From the NCBI GenBank assembly GCA_963788655.1, contig CAWBHS010000008.1, positions 1-64,000 on the forward strand: DNA of 64,000 bases, written 5' to 3'. Every line of letters starts with the position of its first letter. Position 1 is the stretch's first letter. The notes beneath the pieces are model-generated. The model searched no databases and had not been told where the DNA came from. It saw nothing but the letters and a program-made list of their open reading frames with translations. Shown here piece by piece: positions 12,277 to 24,774 of the stretch. Source of the DNA: an uncultured Verrucomicrobiae bacterium. GTDB taxonomy: Bacteria; Verrucomicrobiota; Verrucomicrobiia; Limisphaerales; JAFGQR01. The position numbers and the translations under genes were made by a program.

Positions 12277-13803
12277 ATGAATCCTCCGCACATTACCACT
12301 CCGGTCGTTTTTCAACGAGGCGCACGGCCACGCGCTCGAGCTTCACGGACCATGCCCTTTTTCCAGGTTCACTGGTGGTGGCGGTTGCCGTTGCTTTGCG
12401 TTGCGCTGCGGCTGCTGGCCAGCTACGGCTTTGCCGCCGACGTCGCACCGAAGATGAATGTGGTGCTGATTCTGGCGGACGACCTGGGTTGGACGGACCT
12501 GGGGTGTTACGGCAGCGATCTTTACCAAACACCGAATATCGATCAGTTGGCGCGGGACGGGATGAAGTTCACCCAAAACTATTCGGCCTGCACGGTTTGT
12601 TCGCCCACCCGCGCGGCCTTGTTGACTGGCAAATATCCGGCCCGGTTGCACATTACGGACTGGATTCCCGGATTGCCTCCCGAGAATCCCAAGCTGCTGG
12701 TGCCGGACTGGACCAAGTATCTGCCGCTTGAGGAAGCGACCATCGCGGACGCCTTCAAGGCGGCCGGTTATGCGACGGCGAGCATTGGCAAGTGGCATCT
12801 GGGTGGCGCGCCGTATTATCCCGAACACCACGGCTTTGATCTCAACCTCGCGGGTACGGCAGCGCCTTCGCCCCAGAGTTACTTTGCGCCCTGGAACATT
12901 GCCACCCTCGCCGAAGGGAAGGACGGCGACTATCTGACCGACCGACTCGGCGACGAAGCCGTCCATTTTATCGAACAGCGGAAGGAGGTGCCGTTCTTTT
13001 TATATTTACCGCATTTTGCCGTCCATACGCCGATCCAAGGCCGACCGGATCTGGTGGCCAAGTATCGGGCCATTCGGCGCGTGGGCTTGAAACAGCGCAA
13101 CGCCGTCTATGCGGCCATGGTGGAAGGGGTGGACCTTACGGTCGGGCGCATTCGCAAGAAACTGGACGAACTCGGGCTGGCGCAGCGGACCCTCATCGTG
13201 TTCACGTCAGATAACGGCGGCCGGGTTCCGACGACGTCGAATCTTCCGCTTCGCGTGGGCAAGGGCTCCTGCTACGAAGGCGGCACGCGCGTGCCGTTGA
13301 TCATTTACTGGCCGGGCGTTACCCAACCCGGCCGTGTGAGCGACACGCCGGTCATCACCATGGACCTCTATCCAACGCTGTTGGAAATTGCCAACGTGCG
13401 GGACCTTGCGGGGCATCAGCCGGATGGCCAAAGCCTGGTTCCCTTGCTGCGAGGGCAGGGGACGCTAAGGCGGGAGGCACTCTATTGGCACTACCCGCAC
13501 TACCAGCATTATCAACTTGGCGGCACCGCGCCCTACGCGGCCATCCGGCAAGGAAACTTCAAGTTGATTGAGTTCTTTGCCGACCGGCGCGTGGAGCTTT
13601 ACAACCTGGCCCGGGACATCGGGGAGACCAAGAACCTCGCGTCCCGGATGCCGGAAAAAGTGATTCAACTTCGCGATCGTTTGCACACGTGGCAACAAGC
13701 GGTCGGCGCGCAGGCACCCACTCCCAATCCCCTTTACGATCCGACTCGGCCCGAGCACACGCCGCCGCCACGGAAGCAGGCGGGGAACCGGGTGGCACCG
13801 TGA
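12277..13803 (+). CDS. Sulfatase (formylglycine-dependent, arylsulfatase A-like); start may be about 12352
   Basis: Motifs 'ILADDLGW', 'CSPTRAALLTG', 'GKWHLG', 'FTSDNGG' and 'KGSCYEGGTRVP'. Confidence 0.95.
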   Translation: MNPPHITTPVVFQRGARPRARASRTMPFFQVHWWWRLPLLCVALRLLASYGFAADVAPKMNVVLILADDLGWTDLGCYGSDLYQTPNIDQLARDGMKFTQNYSACTVCSPTRAALLTGKYPARLHITDWIPGLPPENPKLLVPDWTKYLPLEEATIADAFKAAGYATASIGKWHLGGAPYYPEHHGFDLNLAGTAAPSPQSYFAPWNIATLAEGKDGDYLTDRLGDEAVHFIEQRKEVPFFLYLPHFAVHTPIQGRPDLVAKYRAIRRVGLKQRNAVYAAMVEGVDLTVGRIRKKLDELGLAQRTLIVFTSDNGGRVPTTSNLPLRVGKGSCYEGGTRVPLIIYWPGVTQPGRVSDTPVITMDLYPTLLEIANVRDLAGHQPDGQSLVPLLRGQGTLRREALYWHYPHYQHYQLGGTAPYAAIRQGNFKLIEFFADRRVELYNLARDIGETKNLASRMPEKVIQLRDRLHTWQQAVGAQAPTPNPLYDPTRPEHTPPPRKQAGNRVAP

Positions 13804-14153
13804 ATCGAAGTAAGGAAGGAGGGGATTGCACGAAGCAACCCGGTCCACGATAAACGAGGGGAAAACGTTTCCGGCCAGCCACTTCCGGACATCCCGACGA
13901 TCAAACAACGTAAAAATTGTTCTATTGCATTTTGTTGGGAATTGTGGTTTCCTTTGGCTAACTCAGCGCATGTATCAAGCCGTGAAGTGCAATTTGGCCT
14001 ACGGGATGATGGCAGTTTCGATCTACCGCCTGCCAACGAGAGCCACCACCAAACGCGATCATTCACTCGTCCCACCGGCTGCTTTTCTTTTGTGCTTCTC
14101 GGCCCTTGATGCTTTCACCGTGTTGTAACCGAAACGTAACAAAAAGTAGTTTT

Positions 14154-17100
14154 ATGCAGACGCACGCGATCAAAAAGCTGGCCATAGCCCTCGTATTCTT
14201 TGCGATTGGAATGGCGCTCACTTCCGCTTCCGCCCAAACAAGCCTGGTCTCGACCGGGGCGGTGTGGAAATACTGGGACCAAGGTGGATGCACCGCTGGC
14301 GTGCCAGGGCCGGGAGCCGATTGGAACCTCTCCAGCTACAGCGATACCGCCTGGCCGTCCGGGCCGGCCCAACTCGGCTACGGCGACGATGATGAAGCTA
14401 CGACGTTGGACTTCGGCGGCGACGAGGCCAACAAGATCATCACCTACTACTTTCGCCGAACATTTACCGTGAACAACGCGTCGGCCCTCACCAACTTGAA
14501 GGCGCGCATTGTGCGCGACGACGGCGCGGTGGCCTATCTCAACGGAGTGGAAATCTTTCGGGAGAACATGACCAATGACACCTTTGATTGTTCGAGTACG
14601 GCCATTGGATCGGCGGTCGGCGGCACCGACGAATCCCGGTTCTTTCCCGAGCATATCGACGCCAACTTGCTGCACGATGGGGACAATCTGTTGGCGGTGG
14701 AAATTCACCAAATCTCGCCGGACAGTTCGGACATCAGTTTTGATTTGGAATTGATCGGCAATCCCATTCCCCTGGTCGAGTTGAGCAGTCCGACCAATGG
14801 GCAGACGCTGGCGCTGAGCACGATTCCCATTGTCGCCACCGCGGAACCGGGTGCGGGCACCAACATCACGTCAGTCAAATTCTACGCCGGCAACACGCAA
14901 ATCGGCCAGGTGGCTGCCGATCCCTTCAGCATCGTTTGGCAGAATGTTACCCCCGGCAATTACACGTTGACGGCCGTAGCCACTGACAACGCCGGCACCA
15001 TGGCCACCTCGGCGCCGGTTGCCATCACGGTGCAAAGCCCGCCGCCGACCTTGATTGTCCCTTTGAATTCGGCCTGGAAATATTTAGTGACGGGCAGTGA
15101 TGCGCCGGCGAACTGGATGACCCTGGGCTTCAACGACGCCGGTTGGTCCGGACCCTCGCCGGCGGAACTGGGTTATGGCGACGGGGACGAAGCCACCGTC
15201 ATTGGCTATGGCCCGGACTCCGGGAATAAGTACATCACCACCTATTTCCGCCAAACGTTCAACGTAATCGATCCCTCCGCGTATCAACTACCGTTACAAT
15301 TGAATCTGGTCTATGACGACGGCGCGGTGGTGTACCTGAACGGCGCGGAAATCTGGCGCGTCAACATGCCCTCGGGCGCGGTGGCCTGGTCAACCACTGC
15401 CAACGGTGCCGCCGACTATACGCCCGTTACCACCAGCATCCCCGCCAGCCTTTTGCAAGCGGGCAACAATGTTCTGGCCGTGGAAATCCATCAAGGGGGC
15501 GCGGTTCCCATCACCAGTTCCGACATCAGTTTTGCGTTGTCAATGCAAGGTGACCTCGTGCCGACGGTTACGATGACCGGTCCGGGCAACGGCTCCATCT
15601 TCACGGTGCCGGTCGCCATCACCCTGCGGGCGGTCGCCGGAGATATTGGCGGAGCTGTCTCCCAAGTGGAGTTTTACGCCAACGATAGCCTCCTGGGCAG
15701 CAGCGTCTTCTCTCCTTATACGTATGCCTGGACCAATGCGATCCAGGGACTCTACACCTTGACTGCCATTGCCGTTGACAATACCGGCAATCGCGCCACG
15801 TCGGCCCCGGTCAACATCACCGTGGTCGATCCAAACCCGCCCTCGATCGTTTCCGCCAATGCCGGTACGACCAACACCGTCACGGTGACCTTCTCCAAAC
15901 CACTCAATCCAGTAACCGCCACGAACACCGCCAACTACCAAATCGACCATGGCGTGGGCATCCAGCAAGCGGAGCTGACCGGCGACGACAACCGCGTGGT
16001 GCTCACCACGGACACCATTTTGCTCCCCAACACCACGTACACATTGTCGGTGACCGGGGTGCAGGATGCTTCGGGAACCCCCATCACTCCGAACTCGCAG
16101 GTAACCTTCGAACTACTGACTTTCGATTTTCAGGCAATCGTCGCCACGGGCTCGGCCACCTTCGTTGCGGGTGGTTATGATATTACCTCCACTGGCAGCG
16201 ACATTGGTGGCAACGCGGACCAGTTTTCTTTCAACTACCTTCAACGGACCGGGGACTTTGATGTGCGGGTGCGGGTCCAATCGTTGGACCTTTCCGATGT
16301 CTGGGCCAAGGCGGGATTGATGGCCCGGGAAAGCTTGAGCTCGAACAGTCGATACGCGGCGGCAATCACCACCCCAAGTATCAACGGCACGTTCTTCCAG
16401 TATCGGACCAGTCCCTCGGGCACCACGGCCAGTGCCGGCTCGTATCCCACCACTTACCCGAACACTTGGCTGCGCTTGCGGCGCTTCGGGAATGTGTTCA
16501 CCGGCTTTGCCAGTTTCGATGGGCAACACTGGTCGCAACTCGGCACCGCCAGTTTGGCGTTGCCCACCACCCTGTATGTCGGCATGGCGCTGAGCTCGCA
16601 TAGCGCCGCGGTGGCCACGGACGCTGAGTTCCGCGACTACGGAATGGTCATTGGCAATCCGGCGGCGCAAAACATTTCACTGCCGCGCGAACCGTTGGGA
16701 CCGTCCAGCCGCAAAACGCCGCTGGCCATCACGGAAATCATGTACCATCCGCGGAACCTCGCCAGTTCCCCGGGCAAGAGTCTCGAGTTTGTGGAAATCT
16801 ACAACTCGCAACCCTGGGACGAAGACATCAGTGGCTACCGGATTTCCGGGGACGTGGACTACACGTTTGCGGCCAGCACCACGATCAAAGCCGGCGGCTT
16901 TCTGGTAGTGGCCCGCGATCCGGCCTTGGTGCAAACATACTACGGCATCTCCGGCGTCTTGGGCCCGTGGAACGGAATCTTGGACACGGATCCGGGAGTT
17001 TCGACCAACAGCCTGCCCGGCGGCAACTGGCACCGTGCGACTGCGCAATCCGGCCGGGGCGGTGCTGCTGGAGGTCAATTATGAAGGCCACAATCCCTGG

Positions 17101-20100
17101 CCCATCGCTGCGGATGGCGCGGGTCATTCATTGGTGCTGGCGCGGGCTTCTTATGGCGAAGACAGCGCGAAAGCCTGGGCGGCTAGTGCCTTGATCGACG
17201 GCTCGCCCGGCCAGGACGATCCTTTCAATGCGGATCCGCTGAATGCCATCGTCATCAATGAATTTCTGACGCACACCGATCCTCCGTTGGAGGACTACGT
17301 CGAACTGTACAACCACAGCAACGCCGAAGTGGATCTGTCGGACGCCTACTTGACCGATGAAGCGTCCACCAACAAGTACCGCATTCCGGCCGGAACCAAG
17401 ATTGCTCCGCGCGGCTTCATTAGTTTCATCGCCTCGACCAACAGCACCGGCTTTGCCCTGAGTGCCGCCGGCGAGCGAATCTACCTGATCAACTCCAACG
17501 CCACGCGCGTGATCGATGTCATTGATTATACGGGCCAGGACAACGGCGTCGCCTCGGGCCGTTATCCCGACGGGGCGCCGAGCATTTATGAGCTTTCCGA
17601 CTTGTCGCCGGGCGACCCGAATCCAGCCCCGCTCCAACGCGATGTCGTGATCAACGAACTTATGTACAATCCCATTTCCGGCGATGATGACGACGAATAC
17701 GTCGAGTTGTATAACCGGGGCACCAACACCGTGAGCTTGGGCTTGTGGCAGATGACCGACGGGATCAACTTCACCTTCCCTTCGAACGCGGTGATCGGCG
17801 CCGGCCAATATGTGGTCATCGCCCGCAACACCGCGCGGCTGCTGGCCAATTACCCGCAGCTCAATGCCACCAACACCTTCGGCGATTACAGCGGATCGCT
17901 GGCCAACAGCGGCGAACGTGTCGCCCTGGGAATGCCGGACTTTGATCTCGACGGTCAAATCAGCCATTACATCGATATCAGCGAGGTCACCTACGGCGAA
18001 GGCGGTCGGTGGGGCGCCTGGTCTGATGGCGGGGGCAGCAGCCTCGAGTTGGTGGATCCCGACAGCGATACTCGTCGCGCGAACAATTGGGCCGATAGCG
18101 ATGAAACGGCCAAGAGCGCCAACTTGTGGACGACCATCGACTACACGAACACCCTCGGCGAAACCCTGGGCAGCCCCATCAATGACAAGCTCCAAGTCTA
18201 TCTGCTCGATGTGGGTGAGTGCTTGGTGGACAACATTGAAGTGCGCAACAGCAACGGCGCGGGCGTCAATTCGCTGGGCGCCAATGGCACCTTTGAATCC
18301 GGCCAGTCCGGCTGGACGTTCCTCGGTTCCCACGACATGACCACGGTGGACAACGTGGGCTTCAGCAGTTCGCGTTCGCTGCACTTGCGCGCCGCCTCCC
18401 GTGGCGACAACGGTCCGAATATGCTGCTGTCCCCAGCCATGAGCCCCACGGCCGGCGGCCAGGTGGCCCTCCGGGCCAAAGCGCGCTGGTTGCGTGGTTG
18501 GCCGGAATTGTTGTTGCGGGTTCGTGGCGGCGGTATCGAAGTGTCCACGCGTTTGCAGGTGCCGCCCAATCTGGGCAGCCCCGGTTTGGCCAACAGCCGT
18601 CGCATTGCTAATGCCGGGCCGGCGATTTGGGATGTGGTCCACACGCCGATCCTGCCCGCCAGCGGTGAAGCGGTGGTGGTCACCGCGCGAGCCATCGATC
18701 CGGACGGCATCGCTTCCATGCGAGTGCGCTACCGGCTGGATCCCAGCACCACGTTTGCCACGGCCAACCTGATGGACGACGGCACTGGTGGCGACGCGGT
18801 CGCGGGCGACGGCGTGTTCAGTGCTGCGTTGCCCGGACAAAGTTCGGGCGCGACGGTGGCCTTCTACCTTGAAGCGGTGGATGGTTCGACTGCGAGCAAC
18901 CTCGTTTCCTCAGGACGTATTTCCCACCGGCGCCACCCCGCGGCTGTTCCCGCTGGACGCCACGTCCAAGGAATGCCTGATCCGGTGGGGCGAGGTGCAA
19001 AAGCCCGGCAGTTTTGCCACGTATCATGAATGGCTCACAACGGACAATTTCAACCGCTGGTCCCAGCGGACGCCCAGGCTCAATAATGCCTTTGTCGATT
19101 GCACCTTTGCGTATAACAACTACCGCGTGATCTACAACGGACAGGCCCGCTACGCGGGCAGTCCCTGGCACCGTGGACAGATGGATTCATCGCCCACCGG
19201 CGCCAAACGCGTGGATTTCGACTTCCACTCTCGCAAGGATGACCTGTTGCTGGGGGAGACGGATTTTATATTTGCCAACCCAGGCAATCCCGACGCCAGC
19301 ACCTTCAGCGACGCCAGTCTCCAATCTGAACAGACCTCGTACCTGATTTTCAAAGGCATCGGCATGCCTTACAACTATCGCCGCTACATCCACCTCTTTA
19401 TGAACGGCAACCAACGCAGCCGTTATGACACTGACGCGGCCAACGTCGATCGGCTCATGGAAGATGCCCAACAGCCCAACGGCACCGTGGTGTCGGAATG
19501 GTACCCGGACAGCCCGAACAATGAATTCTTCAAAATAGAAGACTGGTTCGAGTTCCCGGACAACGGCTTCGATTTTACCGCCAACAACGATGCCGATATA
19601 ACCCGCCGCACCGTGACCTATAACAACCAGACCAGCCTGACCGCCGCGCCCTACCGTTACATGTTCCGACACCGGTCGGTGGGCACCGGCCACTCCGCGA
19701 GCGACTACTCCCAATTCTTCCGGTTGGTGGACGCGGCGAGTCCCCAAGCGAATCCCAATGTGACCCCGGTTGATGTGAGTGCCGTGCAAGCGGTCGCCAA
19801 CGTCGAAGAATGGATGCGCATCTTTGCCTGCCAGCACACGGTGGGTAACTGGGATTCCTACGGTTATCGCCGCGGCAAGAATTCGTACATGTATCTGAAC
19901 GGTGATGGCCGTTACGAAATCTTGACCTGGGACATTGACTTTACGGTGGGTCTTGGCGGTGATGGTACCACTCAATCGTTCATCACCTATTCGACTGCTC
20001 CCGATGTGAATGTCTGCACCGACCCGCGCATCATTGCCATGTGGGACGCGCCCGCCATTCGGCGCATGTACTTTCGCGCCTTCAAAGACATCATCGACGG

Positions 20101-22903
20101 CCCGCTCAACGCTTCGTATCTGAACCCGATCCTGGACGCCAAGGCGGCCGCCTTCACCCTGAACAACATCACCTACGATGCCGGCCAGTTGAATACCATC
20201 AAGAGCTACATAACCGGACGCAACAGTTACATCGCCGGCCAGATCAACGCGGCAGTGACGGCGCCCTTTGCCGTCAGTGGCGCCTCCTCCTTCTCCGTGA
20301 CCAACAACCTGGTCACACTGACCGGCACCGCGCCTGTGATGGTCAAGGACATCGTCATTAATGGACAGGTTTATCCGATCCAATGGTCCGGAGTCGCTGC
20401 TACACCTACCACTTGGACGCTGCAGGTGGCCGTCCAGTCCGGCGTCAACAATCTGACCATCCAAGGCTATGACTTGCACGGTCAGTTGATCGCCGGTGAT
20501 TCGGAAACGGTTTCCATCGTTTACAACGGGGAAGACCAATTGCCGGAGAACAATATTGTGATCAGTGAAATCATGTACAATCCCGCCACGCCGCAAACGT
20601 CCTTTGTGGAAATCCACAATCACTCGGACAACTTTTCGTTCGATTTGACGGGCTGGAAACTGAACGGTGTCGATTTCACCTTCCCCGGCGGCACCATTCT
20701 GACGAACGGTGGCTACCTGGTTGTCTGTAAGAACCGGGCGGCCTTGCTGGCGACGTTTGACAACGACATTCCCGTGGCTGGCGAATTCAATGGCGACCTG
20801 GACAACGGCGGCGAAACGCTGACGTTGATCAAGCCCGGCGTCACGCCGGACGAGGATGTGACCGTGTGCCAGGTGAAATACGATGATGCTGCGCCCTGGC
20901 CGCCCGAACCTGACGGGCTGGGACCTTCGCTCCAACTGATCGATGCCAAACAAGATATTCGCCGGGTCAGCAACTGGTCGGGCGGCGGGGGGTGGAGCCA
21001 TTATACGTACCCTGCCCAAACTCTCGGTGGGAGCGCGAGCCTGATTCGGATTTGGTTGAACGTGCCGGGCGACGTCTATATTGATAACGTCGCTTTGATC
21101 GCGCAGACCGGCGCGCATGCGGGCAGCAACTACATTCGCAACGGCAGCTTTGAACAACTTGGCGATTGGTCCACGTACGGGACGCATTCGGACAGTGTGA
21201 TTAGCACCGACCAATCGTTGGACGGCACTCACAGCATGCATGTTATCTCGACCGGGTCGGGCGGCACTGCGGGTTACATTTTCCAAAGCAGCATTGTAGG
21301 ACTGGAGAATTCGCCCGAGGTTTTATACAGTCTCAGTTTCGATTACCTGCCGACTCCCACCGCCGACGCGAGGATGGGTTTCCGCATCACCAGCCCGTTC
21401 AGGGCGGAAGATATCGTTGTTCAGGTGCTCCTGGGAACCCCCGGCCGAGCGAACACTACCGCCAATACGCTGCCCGCTTATGATCCGCTCTGGCTGAACG
21501 AAGTCCAACCCGACAACCAGACCGGCATTGCCGACGGGCAAGGCGAACACGATCCGTGGATCGAACTCTACAACGCCGGCACCGAGGCGCTGGATCTTTC
21601 CGGCTATTACCTGGCTGACAACTACAACAACCTCACCCAGTGGCCATTCCCCGCCGGGGCCTCCATTGCTCCCGGCGAATACCAGATCGTCTGGGCGGAC
21701 GGCCAACCGGGACAGACGGTTGGTACCACCGAATTACATACCAGCTTCCGCTTGCCGGCTTCGACGGGTTCCGTCGCCCTGGTGCGCATCGTGGGCGGCG
21801 AGCCGCAAATCACGGACTATTTGGATTACTCCGGCATCGAGCCCAACCTGGCCTACGGCGATTATCCCAACGGTCAGCCGGTTCGTCGGTTAACCTTGTA
21901 CCAAGTCACCCCCAGGGCCGCCAATTCGGCCCGTCCGGCCGAATTGTTCATCAACGAATGGCTGGCCAGCAACACCGGGTTCAACTTTGATCCGGCTGAT
22001 AACGCCACCGACGACTGGTTCGAGTTGTACAATCCCACGCCGTTCAACGTGGACCTTGCCGGCTACTACCTGACCGACACGACCAACAACAAAGTCAAAT
22101 TCCGGATTCCGAACGGCTATTTCGTACCCGCCAATGGATTCCTGCTGATCTGGGCGGACGAAGACTCCAATCAGAACACCACCAACAGTCCGGATCTGCA
22201 CGTCAACTTCAAGTTGAGCGCCAGTGGGGAACAGATCGCCCTGTATTCGTCCAGCGGCGAGTTGGTGGATCTGGTGGACTTTGATGCGCAAGCCAACAAC
22301 GTGAGCGAAGGGCGTTTTGCCGACGGAGCGGCGGCGCCGTTCGTCTTCATGCAAACGCCCACCCCGAAGGCGCCCAATGTCCTGTCGGCTGCCAACACCC
22401 CCCCGACGCTCGATCCGATCCCCAATCAAACCATCACCCTGGGGCAAACGGTCAGCGTCACCGCCACGGCGACGGATGCCGAAGCGCCGCCGCAAACGTT
22501 GAGCTTCACGCTGGATCCGGTGGTGCCCGCGGGCGCCAGTATTGATCCGCTCAGCGGCCTGTTCACCTGGACCCCGGACGCGGCGGCGACCACCAGCATT
22601 ACCGTGCGCGTAACCGACAGCGGCACACCGCTGGAAAGCGCGACGCAAAACTTCACCGTCATCGTGGTCCCGCCGCCGGAGGTCACTGCGGTGCTCATGG
22701 GCGGTGGTCAATTGCAGTTGGGCTTCCCGGCGGTTCAGGGCAAGTACTATCGCATCGAATACACCGCGAGCCTGGCGGACCCGATCCAATGGACTCCCTT
22801 GCCGGGCGCCGATCCCATTCAGGCGACGGGCGACACGTTGACGCTCAACGAAACCATCAGCGGCCAGACCGGACGGTTCTACCGGGTCGTGGCGCTCGAA
22901 TAA
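14154..22903 (+). CDS. Giant (~2900 aa) secreted multidomain protein: two jelly-roll repeats, bacterial Ig domains, about six lamin-tail domains, CotH-like kinase, Ig/cadherin-like domain and a C-terminal sorting-like domain; frameshifts near 17030 and 18900
   Basis: ORFs 14106-17084, 17035-19029 and 18788-22903 join up. Signal peptide starts at ATG 14154. LTD motif '[IV][NST]E.MY.P...E[FY]VE[IL]YN' is repeated. CotH-like motif 'NWDSYG...GKNSYMY...WDIDF'. Also 'LMDDGTGGDAVAGDGVFSA'. Confidence 0.85.
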
Positions 22904-22925
22904 TCGGAGAAGAGCGAATTCAAAT

Positions 22926-22969
22926 TGGGCGCCGTTGGTTGTCAGTCACCAACGGCGCCCATTTCGTTT
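22926..22969 (+). terminator. Rho-independent terminator after the CotH/LTD gene
   Basis: 14-bp stem TGGGCGCCGTTGGT/ACCAACGGCGCCCA, 8-nt loop, followed by TTTCGTTT. Confidence 0.75.
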
Positions 22970-23125
22970 ACCGGGGCGTGCTGGCGAAGTCTCAGGCTGG
23001 TAGGTGGACCGCGAACTTCAGTTGATGAGTTGGCCACCAATCCTGGCCATTTCGCCGTCACGAACGCACCTCACGCGGGCGGCGGAACGGCCGTCTCATC
23101 CTGCCCTGCCTTAAGTTCTCACGGC

Positions 23126-24211
23126 TCAGCCAAGCTTCTCAGGAACCTCTTTCATCGGCCCCATCCAGCGCAACTCGCGTTCGAGGTCGCGGTGCATCCG
23201 GTATTTTTTGGTGACGTCCGCCAACTTGGTTCCGCGGATGTCGATCTTCGCCAGGTCCATCTGGCCCAAACCGGCGCCGGCGCAAAAACCAAGGTATCCC
23301 ACCCAGTCCGGATTGAGCCCCATGACCTCGACGCCCACCCGATCCGCCGCAATGAAGTCCGTGGACGCAATCGCGACGCGAGATGGAACCAAGCTGCCGT
23401 CCGTCGGGCCGTTGCCTTCCATGCCCTCCCAGCCATCCAACACGGCCGCGCCCCAGCAGGGCTGAAGCCGTTGAGCCGTCAGGGCGATATCCACGTGGGT
23501 CTGGCGCACGCCACCATGATAGATGCGCTTGTCGTTCCACCGCCGGCCTTCGTTGCGCGCGTTATGGAGCGGCGCGCCCAGTGCCAAGTTTTTGAGGGAA
23601 AGCGTGGCCACCACCGTATTGTGAGTTTTGAGCATGGCCGAGGAAATGACAAACGCATCGGGATCCAGCAACCGCGCCGCCAACCGGACCGGTACCAGGT
23701 GCAGGTCGCCGTTCAGAATGGAGTGGGTCTGGTATTTCCCCTCTTCATTCAAATCGACCAGGCTGAGTGCGATCGGTTTGTGTTCGGCCGCGAGTTTCGT
23801 GTAGCCGAAATGATCAAACCCGGCGGTGGTGTAGCCGGCGGAAGATTCGGCGATCACCACCGGCCCTTGGAAACGTGGCCCCAGAAAATCAAGGATGCCG
23901 TGCAGGGCATCGACGTGCGTGGAGGCAAGCTGGTTCGAAGTGCTGACCATGTTCGGCTTGATGACCACGCACTTCTTGGTCTTGAGCACCGGCATGATTT
24001 GATCCGCAATCGCCTCCAGCGACTCGCAGATATTCTGGCGCCGGCTTGCGCCATTGGCCACCGCGACCACCGAACGGCGACCGGAGGAGCCGGGGGTCGG
24101 GGCCGGTTTGGGGATGCGATCCTGGGCACGGAGCAAGGTGCCCGATGCAGTGACGGCGGCGGCGGCCCAAAGGAAGTTTCGACGGGAGAATCTATGGTCG
24201 TGCGTGTTCAT
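23126..24211 (-). CDS. Tat-exported DUF362 family protein
   Basis: Twin-arginine signal 'SRRNFL'. DUF362-type motifs 'VVIKPN', 'IAES', 'LKTH...TLSLKN' and 'GMEGNGP...D..A.D'. Confidence 0.85.
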   Translation of the reverse strand: MNTHDHRFSRRNFLWAAAAVTASGTLLRAQDRIPKPAPTPGSSGRRSVVAVANGASRRQNICESLEAIADQIMPVLKTKKCVVIKPNMVSTSNQLASTHVDALHGILDFLGPRFQGPVVIAESSAGYTTAGFDHFGYTKLAAEHKPIALSLVDLNEEGKYQTHSILNGDLHLVPVRLAARLLDPDAFVISSAMLKTHNTVVATLSLKNLALGAPLHNARNEGRRWNDKRIYHGGVRQTHVDIALTAQRLQPCWGAAVLDGWEGMEGNGPTDGSLVPSRVAIASTDFIAADRVGVEVMGLNPDWVGYLGFCAGAGLGQMDLAKIDIRGTKLADVTKKYRMHRDLERELRWMGPMKEVPEKLG

Positions 24212-24416
24212 TGCAGGCCAGCCTAACGATTTTGCCGGCCGCGTCAATCGGTGAGATGCGAGGCAAAATCCGTCCGGCGCATCCCCAAGTTGCCGATGGC
24301 TCGGCCTCATCCGCCGCATGAGGGCACGCGGCCTACCAGGAGAACGGCGTTTGCCTGCAGGCCCGGTGCCTTCACCGGTCGTCCGTCAGCGCTGTCAACT
24401 TATCCGTGACTATTCA

Positions 24417-24549
24417 GTAGGACAGGCGTCTCGCCTGTCCCGAACGGGTGCCAACCAACAACTTGTATCAAGGCGCTGTGAGTCTTCCTATGTCACCAAA
24501 CGATGAGGATGCCTTGGGTTATCCAAGACAGGCGAGACGCCTGTCCTAC
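24417..24549. repeat. GTAG-type REP inverted pair
   Basis: GTAGGACAGGCGTCTCGCCTGTC at 24417-24439 and its exact reverse complement at 24527-24549. Each copy is itself a hairpin. Confidence 0.85.
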
Positions 24550-24774
24550 CACGCCGAACTGTCTCATCGCCGCATCAGCCACTGAATTGATACGGCTTAG
24601 GGGATGCACTGGCGGCGGGTTGACAGGAATTGAAGGAGGGAAAGAACCGCAACAAAGCCAACGGCATGTTAACGGCGTAATTGTGAAAGCGGGCGCCGAA
24701 ACGCCCAACCAAGTCATGCGAAGCACCGTCCGCCCATTAGCTGGGCGACAACACCTCGGCTTTAATCACGAGTT

